From sequence record ON862890.1: a stretch of 64,000 nt of DNA; one strand, given 5' to 3'. Below are positions 9,476 through 19,063 of this stretch, one piece after another. Below the pieces are notes generated by a model. That model saw nothing but the letters and a program-made list of their open reading frames with translations, made no database searches and had not been told where the DNA came from. The stretch is from Escherichia phage A221. Every line of letters begins with the position of its first letter. Position 1 is the stretch's first letter. The position numbers and the translations under genes are program-made.

Positions 9476-9898
9476 ATGGCCGCCCTTGGATTGTTCGATT
9501 ACCTGGCTGCTCTGAACAGCAGCAAAGAAAACCTTTTGCGGTCTGATGACCCAGAAGTGTTGAAAGGATTCGACCCGTTTATGACGCGGCGTGGTTTAGC
9601 TCAGAGCAAAGACACTCTAGTGGCTGCGCAACAGATGAATAAGCTACATGCTATCACTCCATGGATGCAATGGTCATATGCCTTTTACACCATTCCGGCT
9701 CGGAAACGCTACGACAAATGGTCTAAGAAAGGTCCGATTGATCCTGACGTGAAGTTACTCTCAGAGTACTTCTACATCAGCATGGAGAAGGCATCGGAGT
9801 ACGTCCGTTTCTTGCCGAAGGAAGTCCTGGCCGAGATACGCGAGAAGATGAGACGCACTGAGCTGAACGCCAAAGCGAAACCGCGCAAGGCTAAATAG
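9476..9898 (+). CDS. 62: clamp loader small subunit (gp62 family)
   Basis: Start 5 nt after gp44 stop; motif PARKRYDKWSKK resembles T4 gp62 PRGKRYGKWAK; synteny. Confidence 0.65.
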   Translation: MAALGLFDYLAALNSSKENLLRSDDPEVLKGFDPFMTRRGLAQSKDTLVAAQQMNKLHAITPWMQWSYAFYTIPARKRYDKWSKKGPIDPDVKLLSEYFYISMEKASEYVRFLPKEVLAEIREKMRRTELNAKAKPRKAK

Positions 9899-9927
9899 TT
9901 CAAACTATTGTAAAAGGGGAATGAGTC

Positions 9928-10392
9928 ATGGCGCGTAATACGCTAGACATATTGAATATTTCAGCAGTCAACGATGAGGCCAGCATCGTTGATTGTATGG
10001 TTGAAGTTCAATTGAACCAAGATCGGCCAGGTATATTCCTGGGGATCAAGGAAACACTGAGTCGAATTGGGGTAAACACGCGCCAAGAGCCGAATACTCT
10101 GTATCAGACTTGCCATATTCTTCATAAGTGTGGCAAGTATTATATCGTCCACTTTAAGCATCTATTTATGCTGGACGGGCATTACAACGGATTTAACCGC
10201 GAAGATGTCCTGAGGATGAACCGAATCATCAAACTGCTGGAGCAGTGGAACATGGTGAAGGTCATTCATCCTGAACAGGTCACCGAAGCAGCCGATATGT
10301 CTCGCATTAAAGTGGTTAAACACGATCAGGTTCCTGAATGGAAACTGGTTCCAAAATACATCATCCGGCCTACGAAGGCAAAAAGCGAATAA
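9928..10392 (+). CDS. regA: RegA translational repressor
   Basis: LYQTCHILHKCGKYYIVHFKHL and C-terminal EWKLVPKYIIRP match T4 RegA; AAGGGG RBS; alternative start at 9997. Confidence 0.8.
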   Translation: MARNTLDILNISAVNDEASIVDCMVEVQLNQDRPGIFLGIKETLSRIGVNTRQEPNTLYQTCHILHKCGKYYIVHFKHLFMLDGHYNGFNREDVLRMNRIIKLLEQWNMVKVIHPEQVTEAADMSRIKVVKHDQVPEWKLVPKYIIRPTKAKSE

Positions 10393-10408
10393 CTGGAGTC
10401 GCTAAATC

Positions 10409-11281
10409 ATGACAACTACATTTTCCAAGAACGTGAATCTGAATCTGGCTTTCGGTAATGCAAAGGGCGACGTCACATCGCCCGACTTTGGTAAGATCCG
10501 CAATCAGGCGAAACTGGTGCTGGAAGAAACCCGTGAACTGCTGGAAGCGGCGTATTTCGACCACGAGGTGAAAATTGAGTTCACTGCATCTCCGCGAGTC
10601 CTGAAAGAACCCGTTGTTGTCGACATCAAAGACATTATGCGCCAGATCATGGATGCCCAGGGCGACATCACAACAGTCAACGACGGTGTGGCTCATATTG
10701 CTGGTTTCGACGGTGACGAATGTCTACAGCGCGTGTATGCCTCTAACATGAGCAAGTTCATCCGTAATGAAGGTGAAGTTGTGCCAGCACTGGATTACTA
10801 CTACAACAAAGGATTCCCACGCGAAAGTCTGCGCATCGAAGGGGAATTCCCTCAGGTGTGCATCAAAGTGGTAGACACCATCACTGTCGACGGCAAAGAG
10901 TACCCGGCTGGCAAGTTCCTGAAGAACATGGCAACCTTCAAAGAGCCTGACTTCTCTGATATGTTGACCGTCGAGCCTAAGCGCCAGATCACCGAAATCA
11001 TTCTGACGGGCACGGCCATTCCAGGCCAGCTCGGATGCAACGAACACGCTGGTGTTGCCTTCGCTCCGTTCGATTTTATTGACGAGATCATGGGATACAC
11101 CAAGATGGGCTTTCAGGCGTTCTCTGGCGAAACAGTCGAGAGCTACATTCCCGTGTTTGTTTTCAATGAAGACAACTTCCCAACTCTGCCGTTGATCTGG
11201 GGTGAATGGAAAGCCAACGTCCGTATCTATGTGGCCAGCCCAGTGCAATCATCTATCACCCAACTGACCCGTATCGATTAA
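10409..11281 (+). CDS. hypothetical protein (290 aa); weak all-alpha NTP-pyrophosphohydrolase-like N-terminal motifs
   Basis: ORF track; LEETRELLEA and DAQGDI are suggestive only. Confidence 0.5.
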   Translation: MTTTFSKNVNLNLAFGNAKGDVTSPDFGKIRNQAKLVLEETRELLEAAYFDHEVKIEFTASPRVLKEPVVVDIKDIMRQIMDAQGDITTVNDGVAHIAGFDGDECLQRVYASNMSKFIRNEGEVVPALDYYYNKGFPRESLRIEGEFPQVCIKVVDTITVDGKEYPAGKFLKNMATFKEPDFSDMLTVEPKRQITEIILTGTAIPGQLGCNEHAGVAFAPFDFIDEIMGYTKMGFQAFSGETVESYIPVFVFNEDNFPTLPLIWGEWKANVRIYVASPVQSSITQLTRID

Positions 11282-11349
11282 GATATACAGTTATTCACTA
11301 AACAACAGAGGCTATAATGGCCTCTGTTTTCGTATTCTAAGAGGATACC

Positions 11350-12570
11350 ATGAAAGATAAAGCCCTAGACGTCCCGTACTGCGGTGTCCGTGAAGAAAAG
11401 ATAAAGTCGGCCAAACCGGTTCTCAGTCCGACCCATACCAGCCTGTCTTACGAATGGATGCGCGATCGTTATCAGATCCACGTCAAGAAGGACGTCCAGC
11501 GCCTTCCTGCTCCTTGGACTGATAATCCCATATTACGGCAGGTCAAGTTCTGTAACGTCCGGAGAGAGCACGACAGGCAGTCTCTCAACCTGATCAACAA
11601 CATCGTCAACAACGATGCTCTGGGTATGGCCGACAAGATGTTCAACTGCGTGATGTTTCGCATGTTCAACCTCTGGGATCCAATCCAGGCTATCGGCGGC
11701 GCGATGACGATCAAAGAATTCGCCGAGATCAACCTCGATGCAACCCGCGAACGACTTCAGAAGTTCGAGGCCGACGGCGGTAAGGTATTCACCAATGCCT
11801 TCAACACGGGCGGCCTGAAGCAATGCCTGGCTTTCCCTGAGCTGGTTGTCAACCACAAGGAGCAGCGCTTCGGTGGGATGATGGTGAATCTGATCTGTAA
11901 AGATGGTTCAACCCAGAACATGGATTATAAAGAAGCCAAGGCGATAGCCGAAGCAGAACCGGACTTCTACACCATCGAAGGTTGGGAACCGTACATGCCA
12001 ATGCGTGTCATCCGCTCCCTGAAGGCATTCGTCAACAAGTATCCAAATTACTTCCATGACCTGCTGCGCCTTGGTACTCCTTTGGAAGTATACCAGCGCA
12101 TGTATGACGACATCGAAGGGCTTGGTCCATTCCTGGCCTATCAGATCTGGGTAGACTTCACTTACATTCCTGAATATCCTTTCAGTGAGAACCACTTCAC
12201 GGTTGCTGGACCAGGCTGTCGCGCAGGGATCGACCTGATGTTCCAGGACAAAGATGGCATGACGCATGAAGAATGCATCTTCTGGTTGCGGGACAATCAG
12301 GACGCGGTTTATGGCCCTCTTGGGTATAACAGGGAAGAATTTTGGTCTGCGGAAGAGCCTTGGGATCAGTGTATGAATGTGATGAGCATCGAGAATATGG
12401 CATGTGAATTGTCGAAATATACTCGTTGTGTAGAGGCCATACAGCAAGGTAAAAAACCGCGCGGGAAGGTTGGATATGACGGCGGTGGGGAATACAAAAA
12501 GCGCTGTGATGAAGTCGTGCTCAAACGTGGTTCCGTCAATTTGCTGGACCGTTTGAAGAAACCTGAATAA
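11350..12570 (+). CDS. hypothetical protein (406 aa)
   Basis: ORF track; AAGAGGA RBS; no family recognised. Confidence 0.55.
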   Translation: MKDKALDVPYCGVREEKIKSAKPVLSPTHTSLSYEWMRDRYQIHVKKDVQRLPAPWTDNPILRQVKFCNVRREHDRQSLNLINNIVNNDALGMADKMFNCVMFRMFNLWDPIQAIGGAMTIKEFAEINLDATRERLQKFEADGGKVFTNAFNTGGLKQCLAFPELVVNHKEQRFGGMMVNLICKDGSTQNMDYKEAKAIAEAEPDFYTIEGWEPYMPMRVIRSLKAFVNKYPNYFHDLLRLGTPLEVYQRMYDDIEGLGPFLAYQIWVDFTYIPEYPFSENHFTVAGPGCRAGIDLMFQDKDGMTHEECIFWLRDNQDAVYGPLGYNREEFWSAEEPWDQCMNVMSIENMACELSKYTRCVEAIQQGKKPRGKVGYDGGGEYKKRCDEVVLKRGSVNLLDRLKKPE

Positions 12571-12684
12571 AGATTCCCTTTACTTCGTTCTTCAATAACT
12601 CAATCCAGCGTATATTGACCTCACTTAAACGAAGCGCCCTGGCAAACGGGGCGCACATTTGAACTGAAACAGGAAGATTACATC

Positions 12685-14703
12685 ATGTCAGATTTTAAGC
12701 CCTTCGCAGTAGCTGTCAACAATAACGTGCTGGCCATGTCAGCAACTGGTCTGTTCATGACCAACATCGATAAAGATGCTCTGTGGGATCTGTATCTGTC
12801 TTCTTTCCCTGCTGGCACTAACCCGCTTTATCGTGAGCGTACCGAGCACGACTGCACCTGCTGTAAACAATTCATCCGTAACATCGGCGGTGTGGTCACC
12901 ATCGACTCCGACCTGAACGTGATCTCTATTTGGGATAACATTCAGCTGGGTAACGAATACGACGTTGTCGCTGCGGCGCTGTCAGCGTATGTTAAGCAGC
13001 ACGCAATCGTCGACGTGTACTTCAACGACACCAAGAAAGTTGGTGTTGAGTCGAATCACGAAATGAAAGACGGTATTGTCCGCACCTACAACCACTTCCA
13101 CACCGACCTGCTGGGCAGCTATGTTCTGCGGGCAGATACCATCGCTTCTAAGAAGGGTGAAATCCGCCAGGCGATTGAAGTGTTTGAGCGCGGCCTGCGT
13201 GAACTGTCTCTGGAATCGGCTGAAATCGTTCTTGAATTGATTGACCAGAATTCTCTGTATCGCGGTGAAGAGCACAAAGAGGCAGTGCAGGCGTTCGTGG
13301 TGAACAAGACCCTGTACGAACAAACTGCAGAAGAGAAACGCGCTCTGTGGGCTTGGCGCACTGGCTACCGTGCAAACGGTCATACCCCTCACGGCATTCG
13401 TAATACCGTGATTGGCTCTCTGCTGGTAGACCTCAATGAAGGCCGGGATCTGGAAACCGCCGTGAAGTCCTTTGAAGCCAAAGTCGCTCCGACGAACTAC
13501 AAGCGCCCAACCGCGCTGGTCACGAAGTCGATGATTGAAAACGCGCAGAAAGAAGTCGAAGCGCTGGGTCTGACTGATTCACTGGGTCGCCGTTATGCCG
13601 TGTATGACGATCTGACCATCAACAACGTTCTGTTCGCCGATCTGGCAGCTCAGAAGAAGATGGACCCGTTTGCTCAGCTGGCGTCTGAAGTGAAGACTCC
13701 GACCAAGTCCCTGGACAAGGTTGAAGAGATCACGATCGACGACTTCCTGACCAACGTGTTGCCAAAGGCGCATTCCCTGGAAGTACTGGTTGAAAACTCT
13801 CACATTGGCAACCTGATGTCCCTGATCGCTCCGGCTACCGCAGGCGCTCCTAACCTGTTCAAGTGGAACAACGGCTTCAGCTGGTCTTACAATGGCGAAG
13901 TGGCCGACTCTATCAAAGAGCGCGTAAAGACCGCAGGCGGCAATGTCGACAGTTTCCTCCGTGTGTCACTGGCTTGGCATAACAACGACGACCTGGATCT
14001 GAGCATGAACGATCCTCTTCACAACCACGTGTATTATCACAACCGTCGTTCGACAACTGGCGCAACTCTGGACATCGACATGAACGGTATGGACGGCATT
14101 GATCCAAACCGCCGTCCGGTGGAGAACATCTTCTTCAGCGATGAACGCAAGCTGCGTGATGGTCTGTACGAGTTCTATGTCACTAACTTCAGCCAGCGTG
14201 AAACCTGTGATATGGGATTCGAAATCGAAGTTGAATACAAAGGCCAGACCAAGCGTTTTTCGCATCCTGGCCTGAAGCACAAAGATCGCACTCTGGCTGT
14301 TGTGATTGATGTCCGCGCTGGACAAGTGGTAGACATCCGTTCTACCCTGAAAGACGACGCTCGCTCTCAGGAAATCTGGGGCATCAAGACCTCCGTCTTC
14401 CAGAAGGTACAGCTGGTTCTGAACTCACCAAACCATTGGGACGGCGAGCAGACTGGCAACAAGCACGTGTTCTTCATCCTGGAAGGTTGTGCTAACCCTG
14501 TCGGCACCCGTGGTTTCTATAACGAATATCTGAAGCCGGAACTTGATAAACACCGCAAGGTTTTTGAAATGTTAGGTGGTAAGATTAAAGTACAGCCAAG
14601 CACTGAGCAGCTGTCCGGTCTGGGCTTCTCTACCACCCAACGCAACCACGTGTTCGTGAAGGTGAGCGGCTCGTTCAACCGCACTGTGAAAGTTGTGTTC
14701 TAA
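12685..14703 (+). CDS. hypothetical large protein (672 aa)
   Basis: ORF track; AGGAAGATTACATC-ATG initiation motif; no polymerase, ligase or ATPase motifs seen. Confidence 0.6.
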   Translation: MSDFKPFAVAVNNNVLAMSATGLFMTNIDKDALWDLYLSSFPAGTNPLYRERTEHDCTCCKQFIRNIGGVVTIDSDLNVISIWDNIQLGNEYDVVAAALSAYVKQHAIVDVYFNDTKKVGVESNHEMKDGIVRTYNHFHTDLLGSYVLRADTIASKKGEIRQAIEVFERGLRELSLESAEIVLELIDQNSLYRGEEHKEAVQAFVVNKTLYEQTAEEKRALWAWRTGYRANGHTPHGIRNTVIGSLLVDLNEGRDLETAVKSFEAKVAPTNYKRPTALVTKSMIENAQKEVEALGLTDSLGRRYAVYDDLTINNVLFADLAAQKKMDPFAQLASEVKTPTKSLDKVEEITIDDFLTNVLPKAHSLEVLVENSHIGNLMSLIAPATAGAPNLFKWNNGFSWSYNGEVADSIKERVKTAGGNVDSFLRVSLAWHNNDDLDLSMNDPLHNHVYYHNRRSTTGATLDIDMNGMDGIDPNRRPVENIFFSDERKLRDGLYEFYVTNFSQRETCDMGFEIEVEYKGQTKRFSHPGLKHKDRTLAVVIDVRAGQVVDIRSTLKDDARSQEIWGIKTSVFQKVQLVLNSPNHWDGEQTGNKHVFFILEGCANPVGTRGFYNEYLKPELDKHRKVFEMLGGKIKVQPSTEQLSGLGFSTTQRNHVFVKVSGSFNRTVKVVF

Positions 14704-14747
14704 ACCTGATTTGAAATTGTAACCCATTCATCATTGAGGATAGTAAA

Positions 14748-15119
14748 ATGTTTGATAAAGCAACCCGTATGAAACTGCGCTTCGAGTCTAACAAAGGTCT
14801 GCTGTCTGTTGAGCAGGTCTGGGACCTGAGCCTGACTGCCCTGAACGAAATGGCGAAAGGTCTGAGCCGTCAGGTGAAAGCAGCAGAAACCGATGAAGAA
14901 GATTTCATTGGCACCAAAAGCAACGTTGACTCCGAACTGCAGCTGCGCTTCGACGTTGTCAAGCACATCATCGGCGTTAAGCTGAAAGAACGTGACGACA
15001 GCAGAGACGCGGCAGAGCGTAAGGCGAACAACCAGATTATCCTGGAGCTGATCCAGCGTAAGAAACAGCAAGAGCTGGAAAGCAAATCTGTTGAAGAACT
15101 GGAAGCGCTGCTGAAATAA
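14748..15119 (+). CDS. hypothetical charged protein (123 aa), codon-optimised
   Basis: GAGGA RBS; codon usage typical of highly expressed genes. Confidence 0.5.
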   Translation: MFDKATRMKLRFESNKGLLSVEQVWDLSLTALNEMAKGLSRQVKAAETDEEDFIGTKSNVDSELQLRFDVVKHIIGVKLKERDDSRDAAERKANNQIILELIQRKKQQELESKSVEELEALLK

Positions 15120-15141
15120 CCCTGTTGGCCTCGGCCTGAGC

Positions 15142-15168
15142 AACCCCGCCATGTGCGGGGTTTCTTTT
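15142..15168 (+). terminator. rho-independent terminator
   Basis: Stem AACCCCGC/GCGGGGTT followed by TTTCTTTT. Confidence 0.55.
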
Positions 15169-15179
15169 GGACAAAGAAT

Positions 15180-15590
15180 ATGAAACCTGTTATATGTGAT
15201 TACTGCGGCCTCCCAGCCGAATTCGTCGGTGGTGATGTTCTCTACCCTCATCGCCCTGACCTCCGCAATCTGAAGTTCTGGGTGTGCACTCCATGTGATG
15301 CCCGTGTCGGTTGCCATACCCATGGCGACGGCAGACAACCTTTGGGAAGGATGGCGAATGCCGCTCTCCGTGCTGCTAAGCAGGAAGCCCATAGATCGTT
15401 TGACCCATTGTGGAAAAGCGGAGAGAGGAGCAGGAGCGACGCTTATAGTTGGCTGGCGCATAAGCTGGGGATAAAGAAGCGTGAGTGTCATATTGGCTTG
15501 TTCGATATCGACATGTGCCGTAAAGTAGTTGTTGTCTGTCAACAATACGAGGCACATATCAATGTCAAAGGAAATACAAGAAGCGTTTGA
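15180..15590 (+). CDS. zinc-ribbon protein (137 aa)
   Basis: CDYCG...CTPCDARVGCH four-Cys motif; start chosen after terminator. Confidence 0.5.
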   Translation: MKPVICDYCGLPAEFVGGDVLYPHRPDLRNLKFWVCTPCDARVGCHTHGDGRQPLGRMANAALRAAKQEAHRSFDPLWKSGERSRSDAYSWLAHKLGIKKRECHIGLFDIDMCRKVVVVCQQYEAHINVKGNTRSV

Positions 15591-15867
15591 GAATCTAACT
15601 CAGGCGCTCACCAACTGCAACCGTCTCAACTATTGCAACGACCCATTGCAAAAGCTGAAGTCCCTGGTAGAATCAGAACTGGCTAAACTGGCCGAATACA
15701 ACGCCATCCAAGAAGACGTGGCGTTCATGTCGGACACGGTCGTAGACACCCTTCCGCGCGAAGTGTACAATGTCTTGGGCCGCATCACAAAGGTGGGTTT
15801 CCGTGAACCACAAGACGCCAAACCCACCCCCGAAATTCTTACATCCATCGTTGACTCGTTTAAGTGA
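15562..15867 (+). CDS. hypothetical protein (101 aa)
   Basis: Internal ATG with GAGG RBS; overlaps upstream gene by 29 nt. Confidence 0.4.
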   Translation: MSKEIQEAFENLTQALTNCNRLNYCNDPLQKLKSLVESELAKLAEYNAIQEDVAFMSDTVVDTLPREVYNVLGRITKVGFREPQDAKPTPEILTSIVDSFK

Positions 15868-15873
15868 GACGCC

Positions 15874-16107
15874 ATGTCTAAAGAGATTATCTTTACCGGG
15901 GCGGCGCTTGACACCATGTATGCCCTGTACAATCGTGGTCCACTGAGCATTGGCGATATCCCGTCTAAGTCAGGTCTGGACTTCCTGTTACGACATAAGC
16001 TGGTTGTGGCTGTGGTGGTCAGGGGTGAAACGCAATACGCCGGGTCGATGGCCATGGCTTCCCACTACAAACGTCAGACATGGAAGGGTGCTTCCTCCAA
16101 ATCCTGA
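15874..16107 (+). CDS. hypothetical protein (77 aa)
   Basis: ORF track. Confidence 0.4.
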   Translation: MSKEIIFTGAALDTMYALYNRGPLSIGDIPSKSGLDFLLRHKLVVAVVVRGETQYAGSMAMASHYKRQTWKGASSKS

Positions 16108-16261
16108 GTTTGTCAAAACCTTTTCAATATCAATAACGTCCAGTGTAAATGCTGGGCGTTTCAATTAACTCTTCGCAGTATAATATGCCATGACTAACAA
16201 ACAGAGGCCTGGCCCATGTCCGTGAAATACCTGGTGTTACTGAAGTGAAGGTCGACTAACC

Positions 16262-16432
16262 ATGACAGAACCATTCAAGAAAGCTGGTCTAGACACCATC
16301 GACCTCAGCTTTAAACCGAGCGAAACGCTGATGAGTCAGATTGAACTCAATCGCGACTTCCTTGAATATATGCTGGTCAAGCCGGAAGGTGAGGCCGAAG
16401 ACAACCCTGAAGAAGGCAATAACGATGATTGA
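16262..16432 (+). CDS. small acidic protein (56 aa)
   Basis: Translated by hand (MTEPFKKAGLDTIDLSF...EEGNNDD); stop overlaps vWA start. Confidence 0.3.
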   Translation: MTEPFKKAGLDTIDLSFKPSETLMSQIELNRDFLEYMLVKPEGEAEDNPEEGNNDD

Positions 16433-18626
16433 ATCATTAGAATTTAAGAATGCGGTTGCGACTGCTGCCCCGTCCAACCATGTAATCGTTGTAGACATTT
16501 CTGGCTCTATGTACCGTGCACTCCCTGAAGTCCGTAAGCATCTGAAGGAGAACCTGCCTTCCCTGGTGAAACCGGAAGACACTGTGAGTGTTCTATACTT
16601 CTCATCTCGTGGCGACTTTGGCACTGTGTTCGCTGGTCGCCAGGTTAGTGCTGCGTCTGACCTGAGCGAGCTGAACAAACTGATCGACCGCTTCCTACAA
16701 CCATCTGGCTGTACTGGTTTTGTTGAGCCGTTGAAACTGGCGATGGACACTGCTCGTGGCCTGAAGAAGCCTGGCTATGTCAACAACCTGGCGTTCATGA
16801 CTGACGGGTATGACAACTGCTGGCGTACCAACGAAATTCTACTGGTTGCTGAGACCCTGCCATTTGCTTTCGATAACATTACATTTATCGAATATGGCTG
16901 GTACTGTAACCGCGAACTGCTGGCGCAGATGGCCGAACGCTCTGGTGCTACTCACGTGTTTGCCGAAGGTCAGACCGAATACCAGACCGAGCTGGAAAAC
17001 GTGCTGAAGTCATCAGTGCCGAAGGTGGTTGTTGATGTGCCTCTGTTATACACCCATGCTATCTATGTTGAAAACGGCGTAGCAACTGTTCTGGCGGTAC
17101 AGCCGGATGAAGACCATCCTATCGGCCACGTGAGCATCCCTGAGAGCGTCACCAAGCTGTGGGTTGTAAACCCTAACATGATCGACCAGATGGATAGCCT
17201 GACGGACATCCAGGCGGCATACGTGCTGGCGTTCTACGGCGTACACATCATGGACGCGGACCTGGTGTGGGCTGCACTGAAGAAAACGGGTGACGTTCGC
17301 TTCATCAAACAGTACAGCAACTGCTTCACCAAGCAGGACTACTCCAACATCAAGAACGATCTGGTTCAGGCGATTGTTGACGACCAGCTGCGCGGCGTTG
17401 ACGGTATTGACTATGACCTGGTTCCAGCTGAAGATGCGACCACCGTCGTTGATGTGCTGACGTACCTGGCTGAAGCTGGTGTGCCTGTTGCTACCAAGCA
17501 TCCGATGTTCTCCTATAAGAGCATCGGGCGCGGTACTGTGCAGAAAACCGACGACACCGAAGACAAGCTGGCAGAACAGATCGCGAATGCTCAGTCCAAA
17601 GAAGAGCGTAAAGCCCTGGCTCTCAAGCTGGCAGAGCACGAAGAGTGGAACCCGACGTTCGAACCTACCAACGACCTGGGTGTTGTGCCAATCAGCGATT
17701 TGGTCTATAACTCCGAGCGCCCGAACATCAGTGTGCGTACAATTCAACACGGTACTGTGGCTGTGCCTGAATTCGCACAGAAGAAGTTTGGCCTGCCTGA
17801 AGAACTGGATACTTTCCAGTGGCGCAACTACACCATCGTCAAAGACGGTATCATTAACGTGAAGACTCTGCCGTTCAAGGCTGATATCGAAGTTGTACAG
17901 AAGCTGATCGAAATGGGTGTCCACGTGTTTGGTGGTCCGGAAGTGTTCATCCTGAACCTGGAAAGCGTACCGCTGGTCAACCGCGCCATGGTCAAAAACA
18001 TCAGTGCTGCTCAGTTCTTTGCGGATAATGTCCGTCTGGAAGCCCTGAAAGGCAAGCAGAAGGTGCTGAAGTTCTATCGAGACGCCCTGGTTGGTAAGGG
18101 CAACGCCAAAGGCCTGGCAGTACAGTACGGCGCTGAGGCGGCCGAGTTCCTGTCCTCCTACGGCATCCGCGATTACGGCTTCTCACCGAAGACTGAGACC
18201 AAAGAGTCTACCGACTTCTACATGAGCCGTGAGCTGAACGTGAAGATCGCTGGCGCTTCTTCTCTACCGTCTATCGCAGCGGTACAGAAGAAGATTGCCG
18301 AGAACAAGAAACTCAATGCTGGTGACTTGTTCATCGCCAATGCGCTGAAGGAGTACGAAGCATTCGTGAAGTCTCCTATGATCACTGCCGTGCCTGAAGC
18401 CTTACAGAAACAGCTGATCGAAAACTGGATCGACGCTGCTGCCAAGGCGGCCATCACCGAAGTCCGTGCCCTGAACAAGACACTGTCTAAAGTGGTGTAT
18501 GGTATCGTTGCTGGCCACGGCTGGTTCACCGACCTCGACCTGGAAGAGTCCACCATGGAAGTTGAAGTGGATGGCGTGAAGTACAAGGTCACTGCCGAAC
18601 TGACAGAGAAAGAAATCAAAATCTAA
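16425..18626 (+). CDS. large protein with N-terminal von Willebrand factor A (vWA) domain (734 aa)
   Basis: MIDAS-like VVDISGSM and downstream FMTDGYDN; about 500 aa C-terminal region unassigned; start at internal ATG. Confidence 0.7.
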   Translation: MIESLEFKNAVATAAPSNHVIVVDISGSMYRALPEVRKHLKENLPSLVKPEDTVSVLYFSSRGDFGTVFAGRQVSAASDLSELNKLIDRFLQPSGCTGFVEPLKLAMDTARGLKKPGYVNNLAFMTDGYDNCWRTNEILLVAETLPFAFDNITFIEYGWYCNRELLAQMAERSGATHVFAEGQTEYQTELENVLKSSVPKVVVDVPLLYTHAIYVENGVATVLAVQPDEDHPIGHVSIPESVTKLWVVNPNMIDQMDSLTDIQAAYVLAFYGVHIMDADLVWAALKKTGDVRFIKQYSNCFTKQDYSNIKNDLVQAIVDDQLRGVDGIDYDLVPAEDATTVVDVLTYLAEAGVPVATKHPMFSYKSIGRGTVQKTDDTEDKLAEQIANAQSKEERKALALKLAEHEEWNPTFEPTNDLGVVPISDLVYNSERPNISVRTIQHGTVAVPEFAQKKFGLPEELDTFQWRNYTIVKDGIINVKTLPFKADIEVVQKLIEMGVHVFGGPEVFILNLESVPLVNRAMVKNISAAQFFADNVRLEALKGKQKVLKFYRDALVGKGNAKGLAVQYGAEAAEFLSSYGIRDYGFSPKTETKESTDFYMSRELNVKIAGASSLPSIAAVQKKIAENKKLNAGDLFIANALKEYEAFVKSPMITAVPEALQKQLIENWIDAAAKAAITEVRALNKTLSKVVYGIVAGHGWFTDLDLEESTMEVEVDGVKYKVTAELTEKEIKI

Positions 18627-18632
18627 TCCAAC

Positions 18633-18657
18633 GGGCGGGGCAACCCGCCTTTCTTTG
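18633..18657 (+). terminator. rho-independent terminator
   Basis: Stem GGCGGG/CCCGCC, loop GCAA, then TTTCTTT. Confidence 0.5.
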
Positions 18658-18668
18658 GGAGAAGTAGC

Positions 18669-18992
18669 ATGAGCAGTAAACCAACATATGTTGAAGTCAT
18701 GCGTCATCTGGCTCAGTACGCCACCGACAATCTGAATATGGATCTGTGGCGTGACGATGACAAGCGCAAATTGCTGGACGACGTGGCATCTCAGAACGAG
18801 GACGCCCTGGACAAGCTGGCTGGCCTCCGTACCAAGAAAGACCTCGGTGGTGACGAACTGGATGCCATCGAAATCGTAATGGAACTAGAAGAAGAGTTTC
18901 AGGTCGAAATCGACGACGGGTGGCTAGGTAGTAAAGGCGATGACCCGACCATGGGTGAACTCGCTGAACTCGTGGTTGCCCTGCGCAAATAA
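18669..18992 (+). CDS. acyl-carrier-protein-like protein with Glu in place of the phosphopantetheine-attachment Ser
   Basis: DLGGDELDAIEIVMELEEEFQVEID parallels ACP [24 protein letters not shown]; GGGAG RBS. Confidence 0.55.
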   Translation: MSSKPTYVEVMRHLAQYATDNLNMDLWRDDDKRKLLDDVASQNEDALDKLAGLRTKKDLGGDELDAIEIVMELEEEFQVEIDDGWLGSKGDDPTMGELAELVVALRK

Positions 18993-18998
18993 CAGAAG

Positions 18999-19029
18999 TC
19001 CCCAACAAACGTTGGGGATTTTTACTTTT
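18999..19029 (+). terminator. rho-independent terminator
   Basis: Stem TCCCCAAC/GTTGGGGA followed by TTTTTACTTTT. Confidence 0.65.
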
Positions 19030-19034
19030 AGGGG

Positions 19035-19063
19035 TTTACTTCCTCTAAGGAATGTCCTATTAT
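19035..19063 (+). promoter_or_regulatory. sigma70-like early promoter (TTTACT-N17-TATTAT)
   Basis: Exact 17-bp spacing; directly downstream of terminator. Confidence 0.45.

Noticed and set aside
9997-10392. Shorter RegA start at internal Met
   Set aside because: It would match T4 RegA length better, but the upstream ATG at 9928 has a far stronger Shine-Dalgarno; kept as an alternative only.
14700-15557. 285-aa minus-strand ORF
   Set aside because: Antisense to well-formed plus-strand genes with RBSs and a terminator; composition (Leu/Phe/Gln/Arg-rich) looks like an antisense artefact.
17046-17924. 292-aa minus-strand ORF inside the vWA gene
   Set aside because: Entirely nested antisense within a long plus-strand gene that has a clear domain motif; no independent start signals.
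12685-18626. Hidden DNA polymerase in the 672-aa or 734-aa proteins
   Set aside because: No Exo I/II/III or polymerase A/B/C motifs (DxxSLYPS, KxxxNSxYG, YGDTDS) were found by eye; the polymerase is presumably outside this window.
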